DNA of 64,000 nt from Tubiluchus corallicola (Eukaryota; Animalia; Priapulida), in assembly GCA_030141605.1 (NCBI GenBank), contig JAQGDQ010000013.1:882447-946446 (forward strand), read 5' to 3'. Of this stretch, positions 25,008 to 39,100 are shown one piece after another. The position numbers and the translations under genes were made by a program. Every line of letters begins with the position of its first letter. The first letter of the stretch is position 1. Below the pieces are notes generated by a model. That model did no database searches. It was not told the origin of the DNA and saw only the letters and a list, made by a program, of their open reading frames with translations.

Positions 25008-28000
25008 GACAACGAGACAGAGGTAAGCTAAGTTTTCTTCGGTGAGAAAGTTTCAGACGTGAGAAATTACTCTTTCGAACAGCAATTTCCTCTGAAGTCT
25101 GCATACCTGGCTTATATGGCGACACGGTGTTAATGATACAATATCAAAGAATATATTTTGCTGATAGTTTGCTAGTTTCAACCCCAGTTTTTGAAAATAA
25201 ATTCAGAATTTGTTTTCGCCCATTTTATTCTCAAATATCACAGGTATTTTTGTGGCTAATTAGTAAATGTGCACTGAGTAGACATGGGTTTGAGGTGAAT
25301 TCATCAGACAAAAGGCAAAAATCCATTTTCACTTTCTTTTGATTTCAACTTCTTGACCCAAAAAGATGAGTAATTCCAGTTGCTGGCCAGCATCGTCAGA
25401 TCTATTCCTGATCAAAGTTTGGTTTCATCTGTCTTGATTGTGTGGGAATTTTTTTAACCTTGTGACCTTGATTTTTGCTCTTTTGAACCCAAAGTCGATG
25501 GGTTTGCAGCTTTTGTCGGAACCTATTCCTAGCCCAAATTTGCAAATATCGTTTCGTCTGTCTTGATTTTGTGGACTTTTGTAACCTTGTCTTTGTGACC
25601 TTGACTTTTGATCTTTTGAAACCAAAACCGGTTTGCACAGACCCAGCCTGTGACTAGTTTGGTGATTGTAATTTCAGCAACTGTGATTTTATAATTTGAT
25701 TTTTAATCTTATGAATCCAAAATAAATTTAGTTCCAAATTTGACCAGACCTATCTCTGTGCCAAGTTTGGTCATGAGAGCTTCATCTGGTTTGATTTTAA
25801 TTTGCAGATGGACGGGTAGACAGACAAATACACACGCACATTCACACTCAGGACACAGGAGTGCAAACTAGACGCCCTATTCAATAAGTACTCATCCTCT
25901 AGAGTAACCTCCAATTGCCCGCACGTTCTGTGCGAATCATAAAAATATAATTCAGACCGACGCGAAAATGTTAATTAGGGTAATAATTTGTCAGCCGTAA
26001 CTGAAATTTGCATTTAATTGCGAGCGTGAGTGACGCGTGGTTATTGACTGCTGCATTTAAAGGCTCTAGGTACGATGAAAATCCTTCCAAATTAACGCGA
26101 ACTTGTCGCGAAGTATTCAGATTTACCTATTTTGCATAACGTCCAGCTCACGCAATACAGTATAGCTACAGTAAAATGTGCAATTCATTATAATTCTTAT
26201 ATAGAAACGTAATACAACGTTTAATACCGGCTAGGTGATTTGTTAGCCATTAACCAAAGTAGTAAATGTTTTGATTCTCTAGGTTTAATTACTGTTATCT
26301 TTCTTTTGCATTATGTGGTGAATAAACGTTATGTTTGTACATCATGCCACTGCTTCAATGTGGACGTCACTGCTTTTGAAACTCTGACAGTTTGGACATA
26401 GTAGGCTACCCATTTTGCTACTGTTTCTTCCTCTGGATAATCGTAGATTCTGGACGGCTGCGAATAATATATTAACGCTAGTTTTTATTTCGGACTTTTA
26501 AAACTGTGGAATTTTTTTACCAGAAAATTGTTTCTCTGCTCGTAACAACCTCACCCACTTCAAGGAAAATATCGTCGTGGTAAATAGAAACACAAAAATT
26601 TCATTTTCCCTGCCTGTATTATATTTCTACTGTACGTAGCCCTTAATCTAAGTTGCGTTGGCTTTATTTAGGATAAGTTGTGCAAAAAAGTGAATATGAA
26701 CTGAAACTAAAATTCGCGTTTCTTCAGTAATAATAATATAACACTTTTTATTTAAAGTTGGCTTTAGTATGAGCAATTAACATAAGCTGCAAGGAGCTTT
26801 TGGACCGACTCTAAATAACAACCTACAACTACATAACAGAGACTGTTATTACTCCACTTTTACCCTAAACACCATGCGCCAGGCACGGCAATAGCAGGTA
26901 CCATTTTAAAGTCTTTGGTATGACCCGGCCGCTGTATCGAACTCATGACCTCCCAGGTGAAAAGCAGACCCGTTACCACTAAGCCATCTGGTCATCTGGT
27001 CTTGTAATGTGTTCACTAAACTCTTTTATCGTATCATTTTCATTTTTGTGGTTTATTTTATTTTAGTGCTTACCAGGCTTAGGAACAAAAGTCATGTATG
27101 ATTTACTCTACACACCACCAGCAAAGATCATGCTATTGACAGGCTGTAGTCCGGTGTCTACTACTGTTGCTGAAGCTGCAAAGATGTGGAATCTTATTGT
27201 GGTATGTCAGCTGTTTTAGATTTGATTAATTTTCGATGAATTTAGCACCTTAAATTTTAAAATAAATACCACTTTAATTACTTTATAAATTAAGTTGCAA
27301 AGTCAAATCACAAATAGCGAAACTAAAAAAAAACTAAAAAATATTAATAACTAAGGGTGATAAATGGCAATAATATGTTTCAATAAGATAACCTTTGTAT
27401 GTTGCATATATTTTTCAATTTATTTATACGGAGTTTCACTTTACTATTGAAACTGTTAGGTAAATTGTTTCGTGAATGTTGAGTTTACTTTAAACATTAT
27501 TTATTCATAGTGGGTAAGTCTGAAACAGGGAAGAATAGTGGGTATTATTACTACTGTAAAGCTTCATTTTCATAAAAAGTAATGTGACATTTAAAGCACA
27601 AGAAAAACCTCCACTTACACAGAGCTTAAAAAATTCGTCTCGAAATTTTATACCACTTACATACTACCTTTTCATATGCATGGCTTGCATCGGCCGTAAC
27701 GCTGTATGAAACATGTAAATTTAAACTCCCACGATGACCGTTAGGCGCAGCCATTTTAATGGTAGGTCGTTTGAAACAAGATTAAGTAAAGTTTGAAAAA
27801 ATAATCAGAGCATTCGTAAGCATACATGTTGCTAATTAAGTAAAATTTTAAATTACTGTATCTTGTCAATAAGATTAAAAATACGTTTTTGGCTAGTGGA
27901 GTGGCGCACCCCTGGAGGGTGAGTCGGCGACATTTTACCAATTGGCACAAAGATTTTAAATTATTAGTCTAGTTACATAAGTCTTTCCAGCAGGTAAGTG

Positions 28001-31000
28001 AAATGCTAAGTAATATAGATTTGCACGGAAAGTTTTTTGGATCATAATTTAACATTGCCTTTTCTTCCTCTGTTTTACGTGGCGTAGTGACGTCATGTAA
28101 TAACGCCGTCGGAACAGTATTGCGGGAAATTTAAAATGAAAATAAACGAAAATTCCTTTCAACGCGAGTACGATATGTGCACAAAATTGCTGTAAAGTAG
28201 TATAATTTTTAAGGCGATTTTTCGGAAACTCACTTCAGGTTCCCCTTTTCTTGTCCTTTAAATAAAAATAATCGGTTAAATTTCTAATCAGAGTAATTTA
28301 CCTTGATCGTACGCACGCGCGACTATTTTAATCGTCTATAGCCTCTAGGATCTACTTTTTTATTTACAATGTATTAGTACGCGGCTGAATAGTTATTACT
28401 GCATTGACTCAGCTGTTATGAAGCGTTTAAAGATAAATATTTTTGCTGACTTGCGAGTATTTCAACTGCGGTATCTGTACACAGTTTCACAATGCTTGAG
28501 GCATTGTTGGTGATGAATAAACGTGAAAATCTTTGTGAATAATTCACGCGGCGTCTAGTGAATGAACGTTTCTACAATGAAATAAAACGTCTTAATTAAT
28601 TTCTCCGCTATGTGCGTGCAAACTGAACTCAAAAGATTGTTCAAACAAGAGGAAATGAAGCGATGTCATTATACACATGCAGCTCAGTAGCTTTAAGACT
28701 ACATTGTACGTCTGTTTCATAATCTGATTAATGTTCAACATTTGATCTGAAACTTTGGTGTGATAATTAATTTGACAGCTGAAATCACCACTCTAATGCA
28801 TCTGTAGATTCAAATATCTTGAAATATGTTACATTCCAGCGACAGGCTGAGACTCAATTTCAAACCCCGATTTTAATTTTGCATTTGCATTTGCCGTTGT
28901 TAATTTAAACAACTATAAAGTTGCATAGAAATTGTTGAAACTTGTTGGCAAAAATTTCTAAATTGCCAAATCTTGCTTGCAACATACAGTGACTACAGTC
29001 CTGTATTTAGGTGAAGCACTTCCGTCAGTTACCTTTGGCGCACCGGGCAGCGCCTGATCATACTAACAGAATAATTCATCGTTTCGCTTGTAGTTAAACT
29101 AGTGCAATAAATATGTACTGTCTGAACGGGATGGGGATGAATTTTAGACTAACATACCGCACAAAGAAGCCGTGGAATCAATGTAAGCGCATCATTATCA
29201 AGATTGCAACTAAACGAATGTTTTTTCAACGCCTTATTTTCCTTCTTTTGACCTTCAAATAACCTTGAACCACAATTCACAATATCACTTGTCTTCCAGC
29301 AAGTTTTACCTCAAAAGTTTTCCAGTCATCCAATGGTCTGGATGTTTGCGTACAGGCGATCTGATTCATATCTGTGAGAACCTCTCCTATCTTCGCTTGC
29401 CAACTATGTGAAGAACTCACCAGATTCAAAGTATGTAGAGAACTCAGCAGATTCATAGTATGTAGAGAACTCAGCAGATTCAAAGTATGTAGCGAACTCA
29501 GCAGATTCAAAGTATGTAGAGAACTCAGCAGATTCAAACTATGTAGAAAACTCACCAGATTCAAAAAGTAAGTAGAGAACTCAGCAGATTCATAGTATGT
29601 AGAGAACACAGCAGATTCATAGTATGTAGAGAACTCAGCAGATTCATAGTATGTAGAGAACACAGCAGATTCATAGTATGTAGAGAACTCAGAAGATTCA
29701 AACTATGTAGAAAACTCATCAGATTCAAAAAGTATGTAGAGAACTCAGCAGATTCATAGTATGTAGAGAACACAGCAGATTCATAGTATGTAGAGAGCTC
29801 AACAGATTCAAAGTATGTAGAGAACTCAGCAGATTCAAAGTATGTAGAGAACTCAGCAGATTTGAAGTCCTAACAGAATTCTAAAGCTAACCATCGACTG
29901 ACTGAAGTTCATTGACCCAATCCCAAGGGTTAATCATGACACATTACTGCAACCAAGTGTTACCGAACTTGACACTCTTAAGTCAAAAAATAACTCTTAA
30001 CATTCAGTTACTTTATACTGTCGAGTCTAAGTTCAAAAGTCGCTCAAAATCATTCCCTTGCCAGATGCTGCTATTGCTTTTCCAGGTCTTTATGGTTTTT
30101 GAGTTACTGAATGTAACATTTGCAAAACATGAAAGTATGATTAGGTAAATGAATGAATGAATACATAAATAAACAAATCATAAATAAACAAATAAATAAA
30201 CGCATAATTAAATAAATAAGTTAAAACGGTAAGTAAACGATAAACTGCCTAATGTTAATGCTGTTATAATGTAGCTACTAAATGCTAAACGAGAAAAATG
30301 GCAAAACTTAAGTTATATTATTCGTACCACAATATTCCTAGTGAAATCATTTTGCACATAACTTTCGTTTTGTACAGATAATTCTCTTAAAAATGATGCT
30401 GTATAAAACACTGGCTTTTATTAGTTTTGTTTAGAGTAATGCATAAACATTTAACACTAATAACAATAATAATGATTTTTAACTGTAATTTTTTTCATTT
30501 AATTTTTTACATTTTTGTATTACGATTTTTTGGCTTGTTCTTTTTTATTACTTGTGAATAAATCTGTAATTACTTGTGAAGACTTTTAATGAAGTGCCAA
30601 GTGTCGTCGTCAGTCGCCATGTTTGACAGAGGCATTTAAGCACCTAGGCGTGCCATGTAAATAATAGCCCTAATGAGTGTAAATTGAAATTGACAGTAGT
30701 TCTGAGCAATTTCCCAGTGTAAATACTGCCTAGTGAGATTCTCAAATGCTTGTATGAGTATACTTGTGTTCTGTAGAATGAAATCGATTAAAATCAATAA
30801 ATTCTGTGCTTTCACTGCAATATAGCGTATTTCCCTTTACAGCTACTCGCTTTCTCGTCAGTCTGTTTAACTTTCACTAGACGCACGACAGATTCTTAAT
30901 GAATGGACAGCGCAGGTGAAAGGTTGTGATTGGCTTCAGTATTCACATGCAAGTGTTTTTCGCGTGCCTCTGCAAACTGCAAATTGGGCGGTTTGAGAAG

Positions 31001-33028
31001 CGGGGAATTTTGAATTCATTTACATGAGGCTTACTTGAACCTCCAGGTTTTGGTGCAAAAGGCAGCCTAGCTTGAGTTTCAAATAGCCACAATTATTAAA
31101 GTACAATAAATCTTTTATTTATTTAAACTACAAGTTTAGGAAGTGTAGGGCCAATTAGAAATTTGTTAGAGCCTTCGATCCTACAAAGGCTGAAAATTGA
31201 TGTTTTATGCTTCGTGTAGTACGCTAGTTCATCAGCCAAAAAACCTCTAGGGCTTGAGGCTCCACCATTAGCCACAATGGTTTGTACTAGAAGTTGAAAA
31301 CCTGTATGAATTATTTAATGTTTTATTACAAGCGAAGATAATTACTGTTTGCGCATGTAGTTTTCAAAAACAGACAATAAACTGAAATTAAAAAACAAAT
31401 AAACAAACAATCAGTAAAAAACATTGAAACAGAGATATACGATATCAGCCTGAATGGTTTCACTGCGTTCACAGTATAAAGAAACTTCGTCCGCACTGGC
31501 AGCTCACTAACACATCATAGAGTCCTTGGCACAAGCGTGTGCGAGAGCAAATTTGAAGAATTGCTTGTGGCCACTAAATAAAACTTGTGACTAATAAATA
31601 TCCCTAGAGATACTTCAAGTTACACTGCTAGATTCATTAAATTTAATGATTTTAGTAACTACTGTACCAGTCTACCACATTCATCATCGCTGCGATGATG
31701 AATTATGCCAGAGAGAGAATGCTTCGTTCAATTTGCAACACTAGGTAGGTTCAATAAATTTAATGATTTTAGTAACTACTGTACCATTCTATCACATCCA
31801 TCGTCGCTGCGCTGGTGACTGTAGCCTTGATTTTTCTATATTGTGTCAGGCAAAGAGAAACTTAACTGTAAAGTGGATAGCCTCAGCAAGTTTAGTGACA
31901 CCAGCAACAGCCATTTTTAACTTGACTTGCCCTGACTCATTTTTGTCCAATTTGTTCTATTTCTATATTTACGTCTGACTGAAGTATCATCAAGTCTGGC
32001 GACCTCAGCATCAGCCATTTCGACATGCTTCAGTCTGTGACTGGACAAGAAAACTGGGTCAAAATTTATTGAATGGGCGTTCATGTACGGTAATAAAAAT
32101 GTGCCTTGCCGTACATGACTTTTGATATTTCATTTATGCACCTTGCTAGGCTAGAAAACATCTTAGGTTGAACAGGGTCGCCATATGGCATTGTCTGTAG
32201 ATGATGCTCGGGGCATCACCATCAACTTATCAAAAATCTTACAATTGAAAAAACGAAAAAGCATCATGTTTCAAACTGCCAGTGCGATTTATCATGAGGT
32301 GAAAAATGGGGAAATCACTTAAACTTACTACATAATACTAAGTTTTTGTTTTTTTATATCATTTACACATAAAAATGCCACACTTCAAAAAGAATGCAAT
32401 TACTGATTAAAATCATAGAGGCACAACAAAGAAAAACACAAGAAAAATACAGAAGTAGAAGACAATATGACTGGCCATTACAGTAACTGGGAGTGAGAAA
32501 GACACGCCAATGGCCCTATTATAGGCACAGTGTTTATGCTGCTCAGTCATGTGAAGATCCAATAACACCCAACTTGTATTGGTTTTACATTCGAGACGTA
32601 GCCCTATATATTTTGTTTTAGCTGTTTCATCATAACAAAATGTTACCAAAGAATATTCATATAAGGCTTCCACAATACACTGCTCTCATTAGAAAGTGGA
32701 AGAATGTGAATGTGTTCCAAGAAACAGGATCGTGTTCCTTTGGACTTAAGTATTTCGACACAATATTTTAGGGAAAATGCCTGTGATTTGTGTCTTTTTC
32801 TAGATCTTCCCTTATTGTTTGCAGTTATCTTATGGATCAAGTTCACCAGCACTGTCCAACAGAGAGCGATTTCCCACATTCTTCAGGACACATCCGTCAC
32901 AGACACTACATAACCCAACCAGAGTGGCGTTCTTCAGAGAGTTCAACTGGACAAGGATACACATTATACAGGAAGTGCAAGAGCTCTTTTTAACTGTATG
33001 TATTGTAACGTCGAAGTAAAAAGCAAAA

Positions 33029-33101
<73 letters not shown>

Positions 33102-36100
33102 AGTTTTTAGCATTAAAAATCTATAACACTAATATACTGCATAAAATAACTTAGCAAGCATAATATAAATGTAATTACGTAAGAATTGAATAAATAGGGT
33201 TGTGAAATTAAGATTAGTCTGTATATATATATAGCGTGTGTATATATATATATATATGTATGTAGAAATTGCTAACAAGTATTGTAAAATATTGCAAACT
33301 ATAGTCAAACCTCATTGTAAGAGCAACTTCACTTATTGACCAGATTTTCAGCATAAACAAAATATCTATATTTACATGGATGCTTGTATTAATGCCCCTC
33401 ATTATAATGCCAAATTTGCTATAAACCCAATTTTTTTCTTCCTTAAGGGTAGGTGGTATAAAGAGGTTCAAATTTTTCGCTTGCGAATTACAAAATTTAT
33501 AAATATTTTTTTCTAATGTAGTCTGCCAATCTCATTGTGAAGTTAAAGATTTAAGACAGCTGAAAAAGTATATCCACTTTGCCAGAAGCATTATCTAAAC
33601 CTATTAGGTTTCCCAAACCTATTATTCGGCTGCTCTCACTCTACATCTGTGAGAGTTTTATCAGAGTTTAGCACAACTCAACTGAACACGTTTTAAAAGG
33701 CATTAAGGGCAATTTACGAGATTCTAACAAAGCCTTATGGGATACCAGCCCGGTAATTATTTGCAATTACGTGTTAGTGTGAAATCTGAAACCATTAGTT
33801 ACAAGTGATGTACACGTGATTTATACAAAAAAGCATAATGATTTTACTCATTCAACTACGCAAGATGGTTTAACGTAAACGTAACCTAAATTTAATAACC
33901 AACAATATCATTATCATGTATTAGTTTTAGTATCATTCAAAGAAAACAGGTTGACAATGTTTTTTCTTTCTCATCAGTAGGTGTCACTACGTCACACTAT
34001 TACTAGTGTACCTGTGAAACAAATATTTTTGTACATTTACATAATTTAATTAGTCTGTCAATTACGGCACTCTTATTGAGTGTATTTAAATTTGAATCTA
34101 TATTGACGTTATGCATATGTTTCTGTTGTAGACAGTACAAGATCTGGAACAGCGATTAAAGGCGGCCAAAATGGAGATAGGAACCAGGCAAAGCTTCCTT
34201 TCTGATCCAACAGATGCCGTGCGAAATTTACGGGTAGGTTATCCATCACTTTGAACAAGTCTGAGGCCATCAGTTCTGCATAAATGTCATTCAACATACA
34301 TTTAATGTGTCCCTCTAGGTTACATTTACAGCTGAAATGTCGGAAAATGACAGTGATAATGGTCTAATGACATAGTTTCTGCATCCCAGACTTTCTGTAT
34401 TTAGATTGAATTTATGAGTCTAGTCTCTGTTATAAGGTCATTAGGTCTCACCGCTAGTTTAAATGACCTTAACACAGGAAAAATTAATAAACCAAATTTG
34501 CCTAACTTCTTATATGTATATTACTTTACCTTTATATGCTAGATTACGTTGATTTCTTTAATATTTTCCTCATCTTCATTTTTACATATCCGTCATTACA
34601 ATTTCAATTTTTTCTAGTAGAAATCTTTTGGACAGATTTAAAATACAACCAGCCTTCCTTTCAAAAGGTATTAAAGCTTTAATTGGCAACGTAAATATCA
34701 TTTTTTCTTGTAGATTACATTCGTGCAGTTGCACTTCTGATATTTTCCTCGGATTATTATGCTTTTGCATGAAAATAGTAGATCAGTTTTGTAAAAAAAC
34801 TCTGACGTTTTTAGAGACAAGATGCTAGGATTATAGTAGGACTGTTCTATGATGCCTATGCACCACGCATCTTCTGTGAAGCATACAAGAATGGTCTTTA
34901 CGGCAAAAAGCACGTCTGGTTTATTGTTGGCTGGTAAGCAATTTTATTTTTTTAATTCAGAACAATGATTGCTTCTGACACGGTACGATTTCCTTAAGGT
35001 GTCGTCCGAGTTTTTTCACAAAGTGCACAAGGTATGGCGCATTGCTTCTGCATTTTTTCAGGTATGCTGACAACTGGTACACTAAGTTAGATGATCCAGC
35101 AATTAACTGCACGATAGACCAAATAAAGCAAGCTATAGAGGGACACTTCACTACTGAGGCTCTCATGCTGAGTAGAAATCTAACAGCAAAAACTATATCA
35201 GGCATGGTAAGAAAAGTGCTGCACTGATTCAAATGCATGTTACAAAATTGTCTCAATCAAAATTCATACTATATATATGGTAGCAAATAAACAAAAAGAA
35301 GGTATGCAAGACAGCTAAAAATTAAAACGGGGCTCCCACAGTCAGGGAAAATGCAGGAAAATCCTTGAAAATACAGGCTATCCTGGAAAGTCATGGAAAA
35401 AGATAATTTGTTAAAAAGTCAGGGAAAATGATGAAAATGGGGTGAAAAGTCAAGGAAATTGGAAAGAGTGCAAAAATAATCACAACAAACCGATATTTTT
35501 CCAAACATATTTTTTAGCGATCCGTGTTCAAACAAAATTTTGCTATGGCAGGCTTCCAGTGTCGATATCTGTTCCAAAAATAATGATTGGATTAAGAAAG
35601 TTTATTTAATGTGATTAGTGTAATTTCGCTAGCACTACAGCAACTGTGCTGAAACATTATATTACAGTATATGTATGAATGTCTATACACAAAAATGTTA
35701 GAATATATATACTCGTAATGTAATTTCTGCTTATCTTGGATATGGAAAAATCAATGTTTGGTCAGGGAAAAGTCATGGAAAAGTCTGGAAAATTTATTTT
35801 AAAATTCTGTGGGAACCCTGTAAAAAACTTTAATGTAAGAGTGAGCATGTTGTACACAGCTGTCACACAGAAGATAAACAGGTGTTATCGTTTTTTGTCT
35901 GCTAAAGCAAAATTATGAAATTTAATCACTTGAACTGATTTCTCATTACAGTCAGCTCTAGAATTTCAACAGGCACTAGAGGATAGGATTAAAAAGAAAC
36001 GTGACGACGTTCCCGGGTTTCCAGAGGCACCTCTTGCATATGATGCTATATGGAGCTTAGCGTTAGCCCTTAACAAGACACAGGCAAGTGTAAAATGTTA

Positions 36101-39100
36101 CATAGTAGAATTTGCTTAACAAATCTATGAATAATTAATCCAGCCACTTATTTGTGTCCACTGTGCTTGGAATGGAACTGTATCAAGTTTTAATGCTGTA
36201 AAAACTGCCTTTGTTAAATTCCAAGCTTCACTTTATAAATCCATCTTGCATGGCACAAAGACAACAAAATTGTGACGTAAGACCACACATTTGTCCTGTT
36301 TTTAACTTGAGCTAGATCAGCATCTTTGTTTTAAGTATGTTTTACACCTTTGCATTTTTCCACTTAATTATTTATCTGTAGCGGTCTAATGCAGAAGCAT
36401 CAGTCACAATGAAAGATTGAATTACGTTAAACTAATATGCTAATTCTTGTTGACAAACCGTTGTGTGCGAGAATGTTAATGAATGAAATAAATGAATGCT
36501 GAATCATCACTGATACTAAACTTACATGTATTGTATAAATGTTACTGAATGTTAAGAGTCTTTGCTCCATAAACAATATGTACTGTAATAATATAGAAAA
36601 GGTTACTTAATAGGTCTCTTCGGTTTGTAATTTCAGCCACTTAATAAATCCATTTATCTTCGCACTAAGGTAGATTTATTAAACGCAATAGCGGCTTGTG
36701 TATCGGCACTGCAGAACTACAGCACCCCCTACTTTCATTCGATATTATTGATAACGTTCAATATGATGAGTCTTTTTTTCTTTAATTCTTTCTTTATACG
36801 AGTACATTATGTAATCCTTAAGCTTAATGTCAGTAGCCATACCCTAGTTCATGGAAAAATTACAAAAATCTCTCGTATGGAACTGTGCACTTTACAGTTC
36901 CAGCGAAGCGGTGTTTGGCTGCTGCACGATTGAGATAAGAAAGTGCATCCTAGTTACAGAGAGAGAGAGAGAGAGAGTTGTCCCTGTTGTACAAGTGTAA
37001 GGCTGGGTTTCTTTTTGACCAAATTTTCTTTTTATATATTTATTTTGTCGACACAATATTAAAACAATGGCTGAAAATTTTCTGAAGCTGCACCCCCACT
37101 AATTTTAACTATGAGCCATCACTGATTAAACGGCGTACACCGTATTAAAAGCTTACACAAAATAGGGTAATGACAGAGCAAGCAAAACTGTAGACAACAG
37201 TGCAACAATGAATGATTGAAACTAGAGTGATTGTAGAATGTCAGAGTAATGTCAACAGCAGCTCATATCAACTGAGAATGAGAAGTAAAATTTCTCTGAA
37301 AGGAGAAACACAAGCCAGAATCGCGGTAATAAAATTGACTCGATGAATTTGCTGTGATTTTTTATCTGTCATTTGCAGGCAAGATTGGAAATGTCAGGAC
37401 AATCACTGGAAAATAACTTCTCTTATAACAGAGTTGACATTATGAAAGAGATTTATCAAAACATGAATGAAATGGAATTCAGCGGTGTATCTGTGAGTAT
37501 CAAATTATTTTAAGTGAAGGTCTAAAAGAGGCTACTTAAAGATGAAAAACTTCCCCGTCTAAAGTAGATGGTTAACAGGACCATATTTACCTATAGGCTA
37601 ACCAGGTTGTAATCCAGATGGTTAACAGGACCATATTTACCTATAGGCTAACCAGGTTGTAATCCAGAGTGCTAAAATTTTTAGGAGCACTAGTGTTTAG
37701 TTTAAACAATATTTTTATTTGATAAAAACTTTACAATCAAAGTACATTTATAATAAAAAAATAATGGGCAATTTATCAAATACTGATTGGCTAAGAGGTG
37801 TGACCTACAAAGCCTTTCAGAAAAGAGATGTGCCATTTATAAGTTTAATAGGCACACGATTACAAAAACTGTTACTTATGTATTAAGTAAGAGTGAAATT
37901 AAGAAGGTTTGCAACTTGTTTTTTGAACAGTGGTGTGTGAAAGGGTGGGACAAGTCTGTTTAGGGGTCCACTGTAAAAAATTCTTATTCTCATTTGAAAG
38001 TATGCATCCTTCGCAGTTGCTGTAGGTCAAAGGTTAAGTGAACCACAGCAACTCGTTTTAACTGCAACCGTCTGCCGCATCAGTTCAGTAACGTCAGTTG
38101 TTTTATGTGGACTTTGCTTAATTATGCATTAGTCTGTGGGTAGAGTGATTTCCTAGCAGGACTGTGTTTCAGAACAAGAAAGAATGAACTAAATAAGGTT
38201 CTGGCTAGCTGTTAAAATGGTTACTATTATAAAAACATGGGCTGCGTGGCATTGTTAAGTGTACACAAATGTGTTCTTTGGTACACTGAACCTTTCACCT
38301 TTTCACGATCATAATCAATCGCTGGAACTGTGAAACGGCTTATTATGAAGTGTGTATTTTATAACGCACCACAGACTATTACTGAACCCGCATTTATATA
38401 AGCCTCTTATAACAAACAACAGAAATGATTACACAAAAGGTACCACAAGCAAAACGTCAATAACCACATAGCAGTGATGTGGATACTAGGTAATAGTGCT
38501 GCGAGAATACTCCACCAGTAATCGTGCTAATAATCCACATATTAACAGTCATGATAGAAATGGCGGGACTAGGGCACTGTAAAGTCTTGATACCCCCTTG
38601 ATGGTTAATGAATTCTGATTTCTGTTGTTGACAATAATAAACACAAATCTGTATATCTAGCACATTTTTCTGCGAGACATCACTTATTTACACTTTGCTT
38701 ACAGGGTCGTGTAGCATTTTCTCGTGCTGGAGACAGGATTGCACAGACACAAGTTGAGCAAATGATAAGTAAGTTTAAAAGAGTAAATCTGACTAGAATA
38801 AGTTTCCTTACTGCTTACAACTGTCACATTCTGTTGGTTTCACATTCACATTTGCCGTCACATTCACTTTATTAAAAACAAAGAATCATATTGGTTTTGT
38901 AAACAGACCAAAAATTCCAAACATTGTACTCCATACTCGCGTAGGTTTTTTATTAATTATCATTTAGGCATGCATGATCATCGGCATGCAGGATTCTAAC
39001 GGTAATTATATGTTGAGAGAAATGTCCTTATGGATTTCTCGTATTCAATCATTTACTTGACATTTGCCTGACTGAATGCAGTCTACACGTTGTAAATAGA

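Noticed and set aside
26920-26992. tRNA gene
   Set aside because: The cloverleaf is degenerate and runs directly into a SINE core, so it is annotated as a SINE.
8680-27066. Nested protein-coding gene in the 18-kb first intron
   Set aside because: I found no ORF with recognisable protein features; the identifiable content is TE relics and simple repeats. Small exons cannot be excluded by eye.
29277-29773. Repetitive ORFs (FSTYYESAE; LNLLSSLHT), superficially LRR-like
   Set aside because: They are translations of a 27-bp minisatellite, open in several frames.
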